From an uncultured Actinomycetes bacterium (lineage in GTDB: Bacteria; Actinomycetota; Actinomycetes; UBA12327): a stretch of 64,000 bases of DNA. Each line of letters begins with the position of its first letter. The stretch's first letter is position 1. The DNA lies in contig CAIXNN010000036.1 in the NCBI GenBank assembly GCA_903920865.1, positions 27,165 to 91,164 on the forward strand. Direction: 5' to 3'. Positions 50,836-61,426 of this stretch are shown piece by piece. Position numbers and translations under genes: made by a program. A model generated the notes under the pieces. It did no database searches. It saw only the letters and a program-made list of their open reading frames with translations, and was not told the DNA's origin.

Positions 50836-51629
50836 TCACAGCGATATCCCAGCTTTTCGTAGACCTTTCGCGCCGAATCATTATCGGCATGCATGCCAAG
50901 GGTGACGATGGGAAATTCCTGCAGGAGTTGCTGCGTGATCCAGCCGGTCACAGCAACAGCGAGTCCTTCTCCCCGATGATCTGGGTGGGTAGCCACTGAG
51001 GCCAAGTGCGGCTTACCCGGAAGGCGCATGGTCTGCGCCGCACAGCACAGAACTGCGCCTGAAGAATCCACGATGCCCGCCCATCGAGTGGCCACGGGAT
51101 TTTCCGGTCCTGCCCAGTGCGTAGGGGAAGCAAGGTTGAGAAGTTCTTTGATCTTCGATGCGACGCCCTGCTCGCGGCCATCAAGCCACTGGACCTTGTC
51201 AAAGAGCGGTGTTGGTGTCGGTGCGGTGTCGGTCCACCACCAATCCCAGGGCGCCCCCTGATCTTCGTGGGCCCAGGAGATCCCACGTAGATCAAGAAAT
51301 GCTCGAAGTGATTCATACGCTGCTCGAGGGATGGTGCAGCCAGATAGTTGGCCACCATCGGGCACGCTGGGGTGATCAGCTAGGCAAGCAGAGATCAAAG
51401 CAACACTTGCACTCGGTTGACCAACCACGGTGGCCCACGGTTGATCGCGCATGTTGGACGAATCCTTAACAAAGCACACCGCCACGATCTGGCCCGCTTG
51501 GGTTGCGGAGTAGGCGCTGAGGAGTTCACCGGCGGCAAGTTCGCAGGACAAGTAGGGCTGACCTGCTGGCCAGGCCACGAGGGAGTCCGGATCCTCAACG
51601 GTTCGGATGTCCAATTCGGGCGTGCTCAT
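50784..51629 (-). CDS. GNAT-family N-acetyltransferase; the ORF is open to 51938 but the start is probably Met 51629
   Basis: The C-terminal acetyl-CoA motif [22 protein letters not shown]...[20 protein letters not shown] is GNAT motif A/B. The upstream part may be a second, degenerate GNAT lobe. Its 3' end overlaps the aspS 3' end by ~50 nt. Confidence 0.6.
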   Translation of the reverse strand: MSTPELDIRTVEDPDSLVAWPAGQPYLSCELAAGELLSAYSATQAGQIVAVCFVKDSSNMRDQPWATVVGQPSASVALISACLADHPSVPDGGQLSGCTIPRAAYESLRAFLDLRGISWAHEDQGAPWDWWWTDTAPTPTPLFDKVQWLDGREQGVASKIKELLNLASPTHWAGPENPVATRWAGIVDSSGAVLCCAAQTMRLPGKPHLASVATHPDHRGEGLAVAVTGWITQQLLQEFPIVTLGMHADNDSARKVYEKLGYRCDYSWFSSGFASMPASNL

Positions 51630-51648
51630 ACCTACTAGTGTGACGGCA

Positions 51649-52998
51649 ATGTCCTCCGACGACCTGTTTGGCGCTGCAGCTGATGCTCGTGTCCGGCTGC
51701 CCTTGGCCGCGCGAATGCGCCCTCGAACCTTGGACGAGGTGGCTGGGCAGTCACGTGCCACCGCAGTAGGCAGCCCGTTACGTCGATTGGTAGAGCCCAT
51801 TGCCGAACAGGGCGTGACGCCGGCGTCGGTTGTGCTGTGGGGACCGCCTGGATGTGGCAAAACAACGATCGCTTCAATTGTTGCTAACGCTCCCGGTCGT
51901 CGATTTATTGAACTGTCTGCTGTCTCGGCAGGGATCAAGGATGTTCGCGCGGCGATTGATTCGGCTCGTCATTTCCTGGGAGCCGATGGCTCGGAAACCG
52001 TGTTGTTCGTTGATGAGGTGCACCGGTTTTCCAAAACGCAACAAGACGCGTTGTTACCGGCAGTGGAAAACCGATGGGTCACACTGATTGCCGCAACCAC
52101 AGAAAATCCCGCCTTTTCGGTAGTCACCCCCTTACTGTCGCGATCATTAGTGGTCACGCTCGAACCGCTCGCCGATGAGGTGGTGTCTCAGGTGCTCCAG
52201 GACGCCCTCGTGGATGAGCGCGGTCTGCGCAATGCACTGACGGTTGACTCAGAGGTCTTAAGCCAGTTGGTGCGGTTGGCCTCAGGTGATGCGCGTCGTG
52301 CGCTTACCGCGCTGGAGGCATCAGCAGGGGCGGCTCAGGATCGCGGTTCGGTCGTTATTGAGCACACCGATGTGGAGCGAGCCGTTGATCGCGCCCTGGC
52401 TCACTACGACCGAGCCGGCGACCAGCATTACGACGTCATTAGTGCCTTCATTAAGTCCATTCGCGGCTCAGATGTTGATGCGGCGCTGCACTATTTGGCA
52501 CGGATGGTCGATGCTGGCGAAGATCCGCGATTTATTGCCCGGCGACTGGTCATCTTGGCTTCTGAAGACATTGGCATGGCTGACCCAAGCGCCCTAGGTA
52601 TTGCAGTGGCTGCCGCGGATGCGGTGGCTTTCATCGGAATGCCCGAAGGTCGCATTCCGTTGGCCCAGGCCGTGATCGCGTTGGCGTTGGCGCCTAAGTC
52701 CAATGCAACCATTGTTGCCATTGATGCGGCCATCGCCGATGTTCAAGCAGGTCTGGGCGGAGCAGTTCCCAAGCACTTGCGAGACAACCATGGTGGACAA
52801 ATAGTTGGCGGATCGGAATATGTCTATCCGCACAATCTTTCCGCCGGAATCGCAGCGCAGCAGTATTTGCCGGATGAATTGATTGCTCGCCAGTATTACG
52901 AGCCGGGTTCTATGGGAAATGAATCGGCCCTATCTGATCGTTTGAACAAAATTCGCCAGATTTTGAGCGGCTCGCCGCGTCCGAAGGAGCAGAAATAG
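51649..52998 (+). CDS. rarA: Replication-associated recombination protein A (MgsA/WRNIP-type AAA+ ATPase)
   Basis: Walker [10 protein letters not shown], Walker B FVDEVHRF and the MgsA C-terminal domains ([21 protein letters not shown]). The ORF is open from 51607; the Met at 51649 is preferred. Confidence 0.9.
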   Translation: MSSDDLFGAAADARVRLPLAARMRPRTLDEVAGQSRATAVGSPLRRLVEPIAEQGVTPASVVLWGPPGCGKTTIASIVANAPGRRFIELSAVSAGIKDVRAAIDSARHFLGADGSETVLFVDEVHRFSKTQQDALLPAVENRWVTLIAATTENPAFSVVTPLLSRSLVVTLEPLADEVVSQVLQDALVDERGLRNALTVDSEVLSQLVRLASGDARRALTALEASAGAAQDRGSVVIEHTDVERAVDRALAHYDRAGDQHYDVISAFIKSIRGSDVDAALHYLARMVDAGEDPRFIARRLVILASEDIGMADPSALGIAVAAADAVAFIGMPEGRIPLAQAVIALALAPKSNATIVAIDAAIADVQAGLGGAVPKHLRDNHGGQIVGGSEYVYPHNLSAGIAAQQYLPDELIARQYYEPGSMGNESALSDRLNKIRQILSGSPRPKEQK

Positions 52999-53079
52999 CC
53001 CTGCCGGTAGGCTCAGCACAGCCGAAAACCTCAAGGTTTACGGATTTGTCATCGGAAAAGGAACAGGTGCGTCCAGACA

Positions 53080-55746
53080 ATGGATTCGGCCGAGATCGCT
53101 CGCCGCTGGCTGGCATTTTTTGAGCAACGCGGTCATGCCGTTGTGCCGTCTGCATCCCTTATTGCCGATGATCCGACGTTGCTTTTGGTCAACGCCGGAA
53201 TGGTGCCTTTCAAACCGTATTTTTTGGGTGAGTTAGCCCCTCCCTGGCCACGAGCGGCCAGCGTGCAAAAGGTTGTGCGCACACTTGACATTGAAGAAGT
53301 CGGTCGCACTACCCGCCATGCATCCTTCTTTCAAATGTGTGGGAACTTTTCCTTTGGTGATTACTTCAAAGAAGGCGCCATTCCGATGGCGTGGGAATTG
53401 CTCACCAGCTCAGTGGCTGATGGGGGATATGGGTTACCCGAAAGCAAACTGTGGGTCACGGTTTACGACGATGATGATGAGGCCGCGGACTTGTGGCACA
53501 ACGTGGTCGGCGTTCCCCGTGATCGCATCCAGCGTCGAGGTATGGCCGATAACTTCTGGTCGATGGGTGTGCCTGGGCCGTGTGGACCATGCTCTGAGAT
53601 TTACTACGACCGCGGACCGCAGTACGGCAAAGAAGGCGGGCCGGTGGTTGACGAAGATCGTTACCTTGAAGTGTGGAACTTGGTCTTCATGCAGTTTCAG
53701 CGCGGCGATGGTCAAGGTAAAGACGACTTCCCCATTCTTGGTGACCTGCCAGCGAAAAGCATTGACACCGGCCTAGGTCTTGAACGGATGGCCGCGCTCT
53801 TGCAGGGCGTTGAGAACATCTATGAGATTGACACCACGGGTGCCATCATCAAGCGCGCTAGTGAACTTGCCGGCGTTGCTTATGGCGCATCTGGTGAAGC
53901 CGACGTTCGACTTCGCGTTGTGGGGGACCATGCGCGAACGAGCGTGATGATGATTGGCGATGGCATTTTGCCCGGCAACGAAGGCCGCGGCTACGTATTG
54001 CGACGGATCATGCGACGGGTGGTGCGCTCGATGCGCCTTCTCGGTGCCCCTGATCAGACCATGAGTGAACTCGTTAACGCGACCATCGATGCGATGGGGA
54101 GCCAGTATCCGGATCTGCGAGTAGATGCTGAACGAATTTTGGGTATTGCTCAAGCCGAAGAGGATGCCTTTGCTCAAACTCTGCGCACCGGAACCACAAT
54201 TTTGGATACAGCAGTTGCACAGGCCAAGTCCAAGGGTGAAGCTTCACTAGGCAGCGAGCAGGTCTTTGCTTTGCATGACACCTACGGCTTCCCCTTTGAC
54301 CTAACCCTTGAGATGGCAGCTGAGCAAGGGCTCAGTGTTGACGAAGCGGGCTTTAGGTCGTTAATGGCTCAGCAACGCGATCGCGCCAAGGCCGATGCGC
54401 GAAGCAAGAAGACCGGTCACGCCGACCTAGCGCGGTATCGCACCCTGCTGGACAACGGTGGCCCAGTGCGATTCACCGGATACGACGAAGTTCTTACTAA
54501 TTCAACGATCCGCGGTCTGTTAGTTGACGGTGAATCTTTACCTTCAGTTTCCACCGGACAATTTGTTGATGTGGTGTTGAACGACACAGCTTTTTATGCT
54601 GAAGGCGGTGGGCAGCTAGCCGATGCAGGCATCATCGAGTTGGCCGATGGCAGCCAAATTCGCATCGACGATGTGCAAACCCCATTGCCCGGACTGGTGG
54701 TGCACCGTGGTGAGGTCATTAAGGGCGTCGTGGATGCTGGCTCAGCTGCGGTGGGTCAGGTTGATGTCAAGCGCCGTGCTGCCATCTCGCGAGCCCACAC
54801 CGCAACCCACTTGGTGCACAAAGCTTTCCGTGAAATTTTGGGTGAAGGTGCAACCCAGGCTGGTTCAGAAAATGCTCCTGGGCGATTTAGATTCGACTTT
54901 GCATCAACCTCAGCCATCCCCGATTCAGTGATGATGGATGTGCAAGACCGAGTTAATGAAGTTCTTGCTGCGGACTTAGCTGTTACAGCGCAGATCATGA
55001 CTCAAGAGGAAGCTAAGAATATTGGCGCGATGGCTTTGTTCGGGGAAAAGTATGGGGACCAAGTACGCGTTGTCTCGGTAGGGGATTGGGCTCGCGAACT
55101 GTGCGGTGGAACCCATGCATCGCGCTCAAGTCAGGTCGGCGTCATCTCCTTGCTTGGTGAATCCTCGATTGGCTCTGGGGTTCGTCGAGTTGAAGCTCTC
55201 GTCAGCACCGATGCCTATTCATTCTTGGCTCGTGAGCACGTATTGCTTCAGCAAGTATCACGGCTTGTTAAGGCCCGTCCGGAGGAACTGCCTGATCGGA
55301 TCAGCGCCTTGCTGGAACGCATGAAGGATGCTGAAAAAGATCTAGGCAAAGTCCGTGCCGAGCGCTTGAAAGCTGACACTGCCTCGCTGACAAGCAACGC
55401 AGTCGATGTCGGTGGTGTGATGGTGTTGCCGGTACGCGTTCCTGATGGATCTTCTGCTGCGGAAATTCGTCAAGTGGCCATGGATGCCAGGGGCAGCTTT
55501 CAAGGAACTGCGGCCATTGTTGTGGCTATGGGAATTAACGATGACAAAGTCTCTGCCGTGGCAGCGGCGACTCAGGCGGCCATGGACCGTGGAATATCGG
55601 CAGCATCGGTACTGCAGGCTGTCCTGGAGCCGATGGCTGGCCGTGGTGGTGGCAAGGCTGATGTTGCCCAAGGCGGAAGCGGGCAGATCGAAGGCATTGA
55701 CCAGGCCCTGGCCAGTGTCGTTGATGTCGTAACGCGTGATGTGTAA
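53080..55746 (+). CDS. alaS: Alanine--tRNA ligase
   Basis: 888 aa. Catalytic core ([15 protein letters not shown]), editing domain ([13 protein letters not shown]) and C-terminal DHHA1-type domain. Confidence 0.95.
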   Translation: MDSAEIARRWLAFFEQRGHAVVPSASLIADDPTLLLVNAGMVPFKPYFLGELAPPWPRAASVQKVVRTLDIEEVGRTTRHASFFQMCGNFSFGDYFKEGAIPMAWELLTSSVADGGYGLPESKLWVTVYDDDDEAADLWHNVVGVPRDRIQRRGMADNFWSMGVPGPCGPCSEIYYDRGPQYGKEGGPVVDEDRYLEVWNLVFMQFQRGDGQGKDDFPILGDLPAKSIDTGLGLERMAALLQGVENIYEIDTTGAIIKRASELAGVAYGASGEADVRLRVVGDHARTSVMMIGDGILPGNEGRGYVLRRIMRRVVRSMRLLGAPDQTMSELVNATIDAMGSQYPDLRVDAERILGIAQAEEDAFAQTLRTGTTILDTAVAQAKSKGEASLGSEQVFALHDTYGFPFDLTLEMAAEQGLSVDEAGFRSLMAQQRDRAKADARSKKTGHADLARYRTLLDNGGPVRFTGYDEVLTNSTIRGLLVDGESLPSVSTGQFVDVVLNDTAFYAEGGGQLADAGIIELADGSQIRIDDVQTPLPGLVVHRGEVIKGVVDAGSAAVGQVDVKRRAAISRAHTATHLVHKAFREILGEGATQAGSENAPGRFRFDFASTSAIPDSVMMDVQDRVNEVLAADLAVTAQIMTQEEAKNIGAMALFGEKYGDQVRVVSVGDWARELCGGTHASRSSQVGVISLLGESSIGSGVRRVEALVSTDAYSFLAREHVLLQQVSRLVKARPEELPDRISALLERMKDAEKDLGKVRAERLKADTASLTSNAVDVGGVMVLPVRVPDGSSAAEIRQVAMDARGSFQGTAAIVVAMGINDDKVSAVAAATQAAMDRGISAASVLQAVLEPMAGRGGGKADVAQGGSGQIEGIDQALASVVDVVTRDV

Positions 55747-55755
55747 GGCACGCGG

Positions 55756-56211
55756 ATGCGAGCAGGAGTGCGAATCGGTGTAGATCTCGGTTCAGTGCGC
55801 ATCGGGGTGTGCATGAGTGATCGCGATGGCATCTTGGCCACACCGCTGGAAACGATCCCGCGCGGCGATGGTGACCTAGATCGGCTCGTGAGCCTGGCGC
55901 AGGAGCATCAGGCGTTGGAATTTGTTCTGGGGATGCCTACTTCGCTTTCCGGCGATGCAGGGCCAGCTGCCCAAGCCGTCACCGAGTTTGCCCAGCTACT
56001 TGCTGCGCGCTTGCACATTGATGTGCGTTTAGTTGATGAACGTATGAGCACTAACCAGGCCGCGCGCAGTTTGCAGTCAGCCGGTCGAAGCAGTAAACAA
56101 TCCCGCAAGATTATTGATCAACAGGCGGCCGTGGTCATTTTGCAGGCGGCCTTAGATCTGGAGCGAGCCTTAGGACGTCCAGCAGGTATCTGTGTGAAGG
56201 TTGAACAGTGA
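55756..56211 (+). CDS. ruvX: Putative pre-16S rRNA nuclease / Holliday junction resolvase-like YqgF
   Basis: IGVDLGSVRIGV N-terminus, 151 aa, in the conserved alaS-ruvX-mltG-aroE order. Confidence 0.85.
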   Translation: MRAGVRIGVDLGSVRIGVCMSDRDGILATPLETIPRGDGDLDRLVSLAQEHQALEFVLGMPTSLSGDAGPAAQAVTEFAQLLAARLHIDVRLVDERMSTNQAARSLQSAGRSSKQSRKIIDQQAAVVILQAALDLERALGRPAGICVKVEQ

Positions 56212-57284
56212 CCTCGCAAAGTTCAGAAGCTGTCAATCTCGGGTCTGGTCAGCGCCAACGCCGCCGGTCTCGCGTGGCACTTGGCCTTGGTTTGGTTGTG
56301 GTTCTCGGGGTTGTCATTGCTGCCGGCGTGGGCTTGTGGAACACCTTCGGTCCGCCGAAGGATTATTCAGGACCAGGTTTTGGGCAGGTAGATGTCACCA
56401 TCCCTAGCGGTGCCAGCGCAAAGCGCATCGGGACTATCTTGAATCAAGCAGATGTGGTGGCAAGCCAGAGAGCCTTTGTCTCGGCAGCCAAGGCCAATGC
56501 GGAATCGCGTTCGATCGGTCCTGGCACCTATTCCATGCTCAAACAGATGAAAGCCCAAGACGCTGTGGCGCGTTTGCTCAGCCCTTCCTCGCGGGTTACA
56601 GCGCGAGTGATCGTTCGAGAAGGTGCCTCTCTTCGCGAGATTAAGAATCAAATCATCACGAAGACCAAGATCTCCGCGGCCGATGTGGATCAAGTACTAG
56701 CCAACCCACAGGCGTTGGGGCTTCCGGTCTATGCCCAAAACAAGGCTGAAGGATTCCTTTTCCCTGCAACCTATGACGTCGAGCCAACCGATACGGCAAC
56801 AACCTTGCTGCAGGCAATGGTCAGTAAATTCAACGAAGTCAGCGCGCAAATAGGTTTTGAGCGTAAAGCTGCCGCCGCAGGGATTTCGCCCAAGGATGCG
56901 GTCACCATTGCAAGTCTGGTGCAAGCAGAAGTTTCACCGGCCGACTACTCCAAAGTTTCGCGAGTCATTCTCAATCGCGTATCAAAGGGTATGCGGTTGC
57001 AATTTGATTCCACTGTTGTCTATGCGCTCGGGGGAGTAACTTCTCGTTTGACGTCCAAGGACCTGCAGGTGGATTCCCCCTACAACATGTATCGCAATGA
57101 TGGGTTGCCGCCGGGCCCGATTAACTCTCCATCGGAACTGGCCCTCGAAGCAGCTGTTGCGCCAGCAACGGGACCATGGATCTACTTTGTCACGACAGAC
57201 ACCACAACGGGTTTAACGAAGTTCACTGACTCGTACGCTGAATTCTTGAAATTCAAGGCCGAATATAAGGGGAATCTGCGATGA
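56208..57284 (+). CDS. mltG: Endolytic murein transglycosylase MltG (YceG-like)
   Basis: N-terminal TM helix, then the YceG domain (LASLVQAEV...VILNRVSKGMRLQFDSTVVY...NMYRNDGLPPGPI). Confidence 0.85.
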   Translation: MTSQSSEAVNLGSGQRQRRRSRVALGLGLVVVLGVVIAAGVGLWNTFGPPKDYSGPGFGQVDVTIPSGASAKRIGTILNQADVVASQRAFVSAAKANAESRSIGPGTYSMLKQMKAQDAVARLLSPSSRVTARVIVREGASLREIKNQIITKTKISAADVDQVLANPQALGLPVYAQNKAEGFLFPATYDVEPTDTATTLLQAMVSKFNEVSAQIGFERKAAAAGISPKDAVTIASLVQAEVSPADYSKVSRVILNRVSKGMRLQFDSTVVYALGGVTSRLTSKDLQVDSPYNMYRNDGLPPGPINSPSELALEAAVAPATGPWIYFVTTDTTTGLTKFTDSYAEFLKFKAEYKGNLR

Positions 57285-58072
57285 CTAAACGGGTAGCAGT
57301 TCTTGGAACACCCATTACACACTCGCTGTCTCCTGCTTTGCATCGGGCGGCCTATGAAGAGTTGGGTTTGGACTGGTCCTATGAGGCCATTGAAGTTAGT
57401 GCCAATCAAGTCTGTGAATTTGTCACCGGATGTGGGCCCGAATGGGCTGGGCTCTCCTTGACCATGCCGCTTAAAGAGGCCGTACTTCCCGCGTTGAGCC
57501 AGCGCACTCCCGTTGTGGAGCTGACTCAAGCGGCCAACACCGTCGTCTTTGATGGCCAAAGTAGATCTGGGCATAACACAGATGTGAGCGGATTCGTCAA
57601 TGCTTTGCATGAGATTAATGTTGTCGCGGTCGGTGCTGTGACGTTGTTGGGTTCTGGCGCAACGGCGCGATCGGCTCTGGTGGCGATGCACGAAATGGGT
57701 GCGCATGCGATCACCGTTGTCGCACGCAACGGCACATCGGCGCAACGTTTAGTTGAGCTTGCCGAACTGCTTAATGTGCAGTGCGAGGTACTGGATTGGA
57801 CCAGCGATCGCGCGAAAAGTCATGTTCTAGGCGCTGAACTTGTGATCAACACCGCTCCGGCGGACGTGGCAGCTACCTTGGCTGGCAACGGTCAGGGACT
57901 GCTCTTTGACGCGATCTATAACCCGTGGCCAACACCCTTGGCGTCTGGGTGGGCCGGAACCATCGTCAGCGGACACGATTTGCTCATCCATCAGGCCTTG
58001 GGCCAAATTGCTCTCATGACGGGCTATGTCGTCGACGTTGATGTGCTCAGGGGCGCCCTGCCGGGCTCCTAG
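57281..58072 (+). CDS. aroE: Shikimate dehydrogenase
   Basis: VLGTPITHSLSP N-terminus, NTD... substrate motif and a Rossmann GSGATARSA. Confidence 0.85.
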   Translation: MTKRVAVLGTPITHSLSPALHRAAYEELGLDWSYEAIEVSANQVCEFVTGCGPEWAGLSLTMPLKEAVLPALSQRTPVVELTQAANTVVFDGQSRSGHNTDVSGFVNALHEINVVAVGAVTLLGSGATARSALVAMHEMGAHAITVVARNGTSAQRLVELAELLNVQCEVLDWTSDRAKSHVLGAELVINTAPADVAATLAGNGQGLLFDAIYNPWPTPLASGWAGTIVSGHDLLIHQALGQIALMTGYVVDVDVLRGALPGS

Positions 58073-58116
58073 CTCTGCCTTTTCCCAGGGCCTGTCTGGC
58101 CTCAGAGCTCAAGGTG

Positions 58117-58137
58117 TGCCCTATTTAAGGGCATTTT
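58117..58137 (+). terminator. Hairpin TGCCCT-ATTTA-AGGGCA followed by T-runs, downstream of aroE
   Basis: 6-bp stem, 5-nt loop, then TTTTGTGCCTTTTTGTGCC. Candidate intrinsic terminator separating the housekeeping operon from the pilus genes. Confidence 0.4.
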
Positions 58138-58154
58138 GTGCCTTTTTGTGCCTG
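58134..58154 (+). promoter_or_regulatory. Two overlapping copies of TTTTGTGCCT(G) upstream of pilB; a third copy lies upstream of the pilin gene at 62767-62777
   Basis: The 11-mer TTTTGTGCCTG occurs at 58144-58154 and 62767-62777, with TTTTGTGCCT at 58134-58143. Reading by eye I saw no other copy in the window. Confidence 0.4.
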
Positions 58155-58203
58155 AGCCTTCAGATTTTCACCCATCTGCCGATAACTGACCTGTGGATCA
58201 TTC

Positions 58204-59931
58204 GTGTCCGCCTGTTCAACAACGGTTGATCAGTTCGTGCGCCGGCAGGGAGTTGAGTCCGTGAAGCAATTGGGCGACATCTTGCTTGAGGATGGCCTGA
58301 TCACCAATGAGCAACTATCGGTTGCCGTTGATCAACATCAAAACCTTGGCCGAAGTTTGGGCCGAGTGTTGGTGGATCAGGGAATTTTGTCCGAAACCCA
58401 ACTTGTGGCAGCGCTGGCTCAGCAAATCGGATTGCGCTTTATCGACCTGAGTGATTACCCGGTGGACGGTTCTGCGCTAGCCCGAATTCCCGGTTCCGTA
58501 TGCCGCCAGCACATGGCGATCCCGATTGGCTTTGAAGACGGTCGCATTGTGGTGGCCATGTCAGACCCCGCAAACGTCTTCGCGGCTGATGACATTCGCA
58601 CCATCAGCGGATACGAAGTCATTCCAGCCGTTGCCACTCGAGCCGATGTTTCGGCAGCTATTGACCGTTATTACCGCGCTGATTCCGACCTTGATGACTT
58701 GACCACTGCCCTTGAAGATGCTGACGATGGTGGGGGAGATGACCTAGCTGGACTCAAAGAGGTCGTTGAAGATGCTCCCATCGTTAAATTTGTGAATCTG
58801 CTTATTACTCAAGCTATTCAGGACCGAGCCTCGGACATCCACCTCGAGCCCACCGAGTCCGATTTGCGCGTGCGATACCGCATTGACGGGGTTTTGCACG
58901 AGATTATGCGCTCACCTAAGTCCATTCAGTCCGGCGTTATCTCGCGTTTGAAGATCATGGCTGACATCAACATTGCTGAACGTCGAATCCCGCAGGATGG
59001 TCGTTTGTCTGTGTCTGCCCACGGCAAGAAGGTGGACCTGCGTGTTGCCACCTTGCCCACCGTGTGGGGCGAGAAGGTCGTCATGCGAATTTTGGATAAC
59101 TCCACCGCCCGTCTTGATCTTGCAGACTTGGGATTCACCTCGGCCAACTACGAGCGCTACAGCGAAAGTTTTGGCAAGCCCTACGGAATGATCCTGGTTA
59201 CTGGACCCACTGGTTCTGGTAAGTCGACCACGTTGTACTCAACGTTAAATATCTTGAACCGCCCTGAGGTCAACATCATCACCGTTGAAGACCCCGTCGA
59301 ATATCGCTTGCCTGGTATCAATCAGATTCAAACCAATGTCAAAGCAGGCTTGACCTTTGCGGCGTCCTTGCGCTCGATCCTTCGATCCGACCCAGACATC
59401 GTCCTCATCGGAGAAATCCGTGACCACGAAACGGCTCAGATCGCAGTTGAGGCCGCCCTGACCGGTCACCTCGTCCTATCAACCCTGCACACAAACGACG
59501 CTCCATCGGCCATAACTCGACTGACAGAGATGGGTATTGAGCCATTCCTGGTCGGTTCAGCCGTGGACGCGGTCTTGGCCCAGCGGCTAGCTCGTCGGTT
59601 GTGCGTCAAATGCAAAGAGGCTTACCTGCCAACGGATGAAACCTTGACCGCAGCCCGAGTTAACTGGGATCTGGCTGCCGGGATGCCCACGCTTTACCGA
59701 CCAATTGGCTGCCCATCCTGCTCAGGCACTGGGTACAAGGGTCGATTGGCGCTGCATGAAGTGATGATGGTCAACGAGGAAATTGAGCGTTTAGCGGTTG
59801 AACACGCGCCCGCCACTGAGATCACTGCGGCTGCTTTGCGGTCAGGGATGGTCACGCTTCGCAATGACGGTTTGAACAAGGTTCTTCAAGGTGTGACCTC
59901 TATTGATGAGATTTTGCGAGTGGTGGTCTAG
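58204..59931 (+). CDS. pilB: Type IV pilus assembly ATPase PilB / GspE family
   Basis: GTG start at 58204 (an alternative GTG at 58261 has a GGGAG RBS). N-terminal GSPII_E N-domain, Walker A GPTGSGKST, Asp/His boxes and the tetracysteine CVKC...CPSC motif. Confidence 0.85.
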   Translation: MSACSTTVDQFVRRQGVESVKQLGDILLEDGLITNEQLSVAVDQHQNLGRSLGRVLVDQGILSETQLVAALAQQIGLRFIDLSDYPVDGSALARIPGSVCRQHMAIPIGFEDGRIVVAMSDPANVFAADDIRTISGYEVIPAVATRADVSAAIDRYYRADSDLDDLTTALEDADDGGGDDLAGLKEVVEDAPIVKFVNLLITQAIQDRASDIHLEPTESDLRVRYRIDGVLHEIMRSPKSIQSGVISRLKIMADINIAERRIPQDGRLSVSAHGKKVDLRVATLPTVWGEKVVMRILDNSTARLDLADLGFTSANYERYSESFGKPYGMILVTGPTGSGKSTTLYSTLNILNRPEVNIITVEDPVEYRLPGINQIQTNVKAGLTFAASLRSILRSDPDIVLIGEIRDHETAQIAVEAALTGHLVLSTLHTNDAPSAITRLTEMGIEPFLVGSAVDAVLAQRLARRLCVKCKEAYLPTDETLTAARVNWDLAAGMPTLYRPIGCPSCSGTGYKGRLALHEVMMVNEEIERLAVEHAPATEITAAALRSGMVTLRNDGLNKVLQGVTSIDEILRVVV

Positions 59932-60007
59932 ATGACCTTAAGAAACCATTTTCGCAGGCCGATACTTTCAACCGTATGCATCGTTAAGTGCGCACTAGGA
60001 GGTAGCA

Positions 60008-61426
60008 GTGGAGATTAGCGGGTTTGTACCACCTGACACTGACACTGACACTGATACTGACACCCAAGCTTGGGCTGCGCCTACTGATGACTTTTTCGCA
60101 GGTGCACCGATAGCTCATGATCGTTTCGCTCCAGCCAGCGCTGGTGCGCCGGCCGCTTCCCTTGCTCCTGTTGTCACGCCAGCGATGGTTACGCACGTTG
60201 CTCCTGCGCCGCAGACGGCGCCTGAGATTCCCCTGGTGGAACCAGAACTGCCTAAGCCGCCGGTTGCGCTCGAGCCGGCCCCGGCCGATCAGGTCAGCGT
60301 TGAGCCCACCTTTAGCGAGGAATACCGCCGTGCCACGACCGAAAAGGAAGCGGCTGAAGAAGATCTGAATCTTCAAGACCTGCTCGTTGAAGTCTTAACT
60401 GCAGGCGCTTCAGACCTGCACCTGACCATTGGGTCTCGCCCTGTTGTTCGCCTACGCGGAGACCTGGTCCCGTTGGAGCACTACCCGGTGTTGTCCGCAG
60501 CCGTTATCCAGCGCGTTATGTATGCCGCCATCACTCAGCGTCAGCGCGAAAAATTTGAGCGCGAGCTTGAATTGGACTTTGCCTACTCGGTTCCTGGGCG
60601 CGCTCGATTCAGGGTGAACCTGTACCGCCAACGTGATGCGCTCGGTGCCGCCTTCCGATTGATCCCTTTTGAGATCAAGTCCCTTGAAACCTTAGGTGTG
60701 CCGGCAGCGGTTTCTAACTTTGCGATGCTGCCTCGGGGGTTCGTTTTGGTCACCGGACCAACGGGTTCGGGCAAATCAACAACCTTGGCTGCCTTGATCG
60801 ACTTGGCCAATCGGAACCGACGCGACCACATTTTGACCGTTGAGGACCCGATTGAATTCCTCCACGGACACCAGAACAGCATCGTGAATCAACGTGAAGT
60901 TGGCGAAGACACTCACAGTTTCACCGATGCCCTCAAGCACGCCTTGCGCCAAGACCCCGACATCATCATGGTCGGCGAAATGCGTGACCTTGAGACGATC
61001 TCCGTGGCCTTGACCGCTGCCGAGACCGGCCACTTGGTCTTTGCCACTTTGCACACCCAAGATGCGGCCCAGACCATCGACCGTGTCATCGACGTTTTCC
61101 CACCGCACCAGCAGCAACAGGTGCGGGTCCAGCTCGCTGGCGCCCTCCAGGGCGTGGTCTGCCAGAACTTGGCTAAAACCAAGGACGGCGAAGGCCGAGT
61201 AGCCGCGACGGAAGTTTTAGTGGCCACCCCCGCGATCAGGAACTCGATTCGTGAAGGAAAGACCCACCAGATCTATTCGGCGATGCAAGCTGGTGCCCAA
61301 TATGGCATGCACACGATGGATCAACACCTCGCCGAGTTAGTCAATAACGGACAGGTCGCGTATTCAGTCGGACTTGAAAAGTGTCACCACGTCGATGACT
61401 TCAACCGTTTGACCGGACGCGGGTGA
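60008..61426 (+). CDS. pilT: Twitching-motility (retraction) ATPase PilT with ~120-aa low-complexity N-terminal extension
   Basis: GTG 60008 lies 6 nt downstream of AGGAGG. The PilT core runs from DLLVEVLTAGASDLHLTIGSRP (Walker A GPTGSGKST, AIRNSIREGKTHQI). The preceding ~120 aa are Pro/Ala-rich with PPDTDTDTDTDTQ. Confidence 0.85.
   Translation: MEISGFVPPDTDTDTDTDTQAWAAPTDDFFAGAPIAHDRFAPASAGAPAASLAPVVTPAMVTHVAPAPQTAPEIPLVEPELPKPPVALEPAPADQVSVEPTFSEEYRRATTEKEAAEEDLNLQDLLVEVLTAGASDLHLTIGSRPVVRLRGDLVPLEHYPVLSAAVIQRVMYAAITQRQREKFERELELDFAYSVPGRARFRVNLYRQRDALGAAFRLIPFEIKSLETLGVPAAVSNFAMLPRGFVLVTGPTGSGKSTTLAALIDLANRNRRDHILTVEDPIEFLHGHQNSIVNQREVGEDTHSFTDALKHALRQDPDIIMVGEMRDLETISVALTAAETGHLVFATLHTQDAAQTIDRVIDVFPPHQQQQVRVQLAGALQGVVCQNLAKTKDGEGRVAATEVLVATPAIRNSIREGKTHQIYSAMQAGAQYGMHTMDQHLAELVNNGQVAYSVGLEKCHHVDDFNRLTGRG
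60035..60064 (+). repeat. Hexanucleotide tandem repeat (GACACT)x5, in-frame in pilT, encoding (DT)5
   Basis: The units read GACACT GACACT GACACT GATACT GACACC. In-frame, so copy-number change would alter repeat length without a frameshift. Confidence 0.8.
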
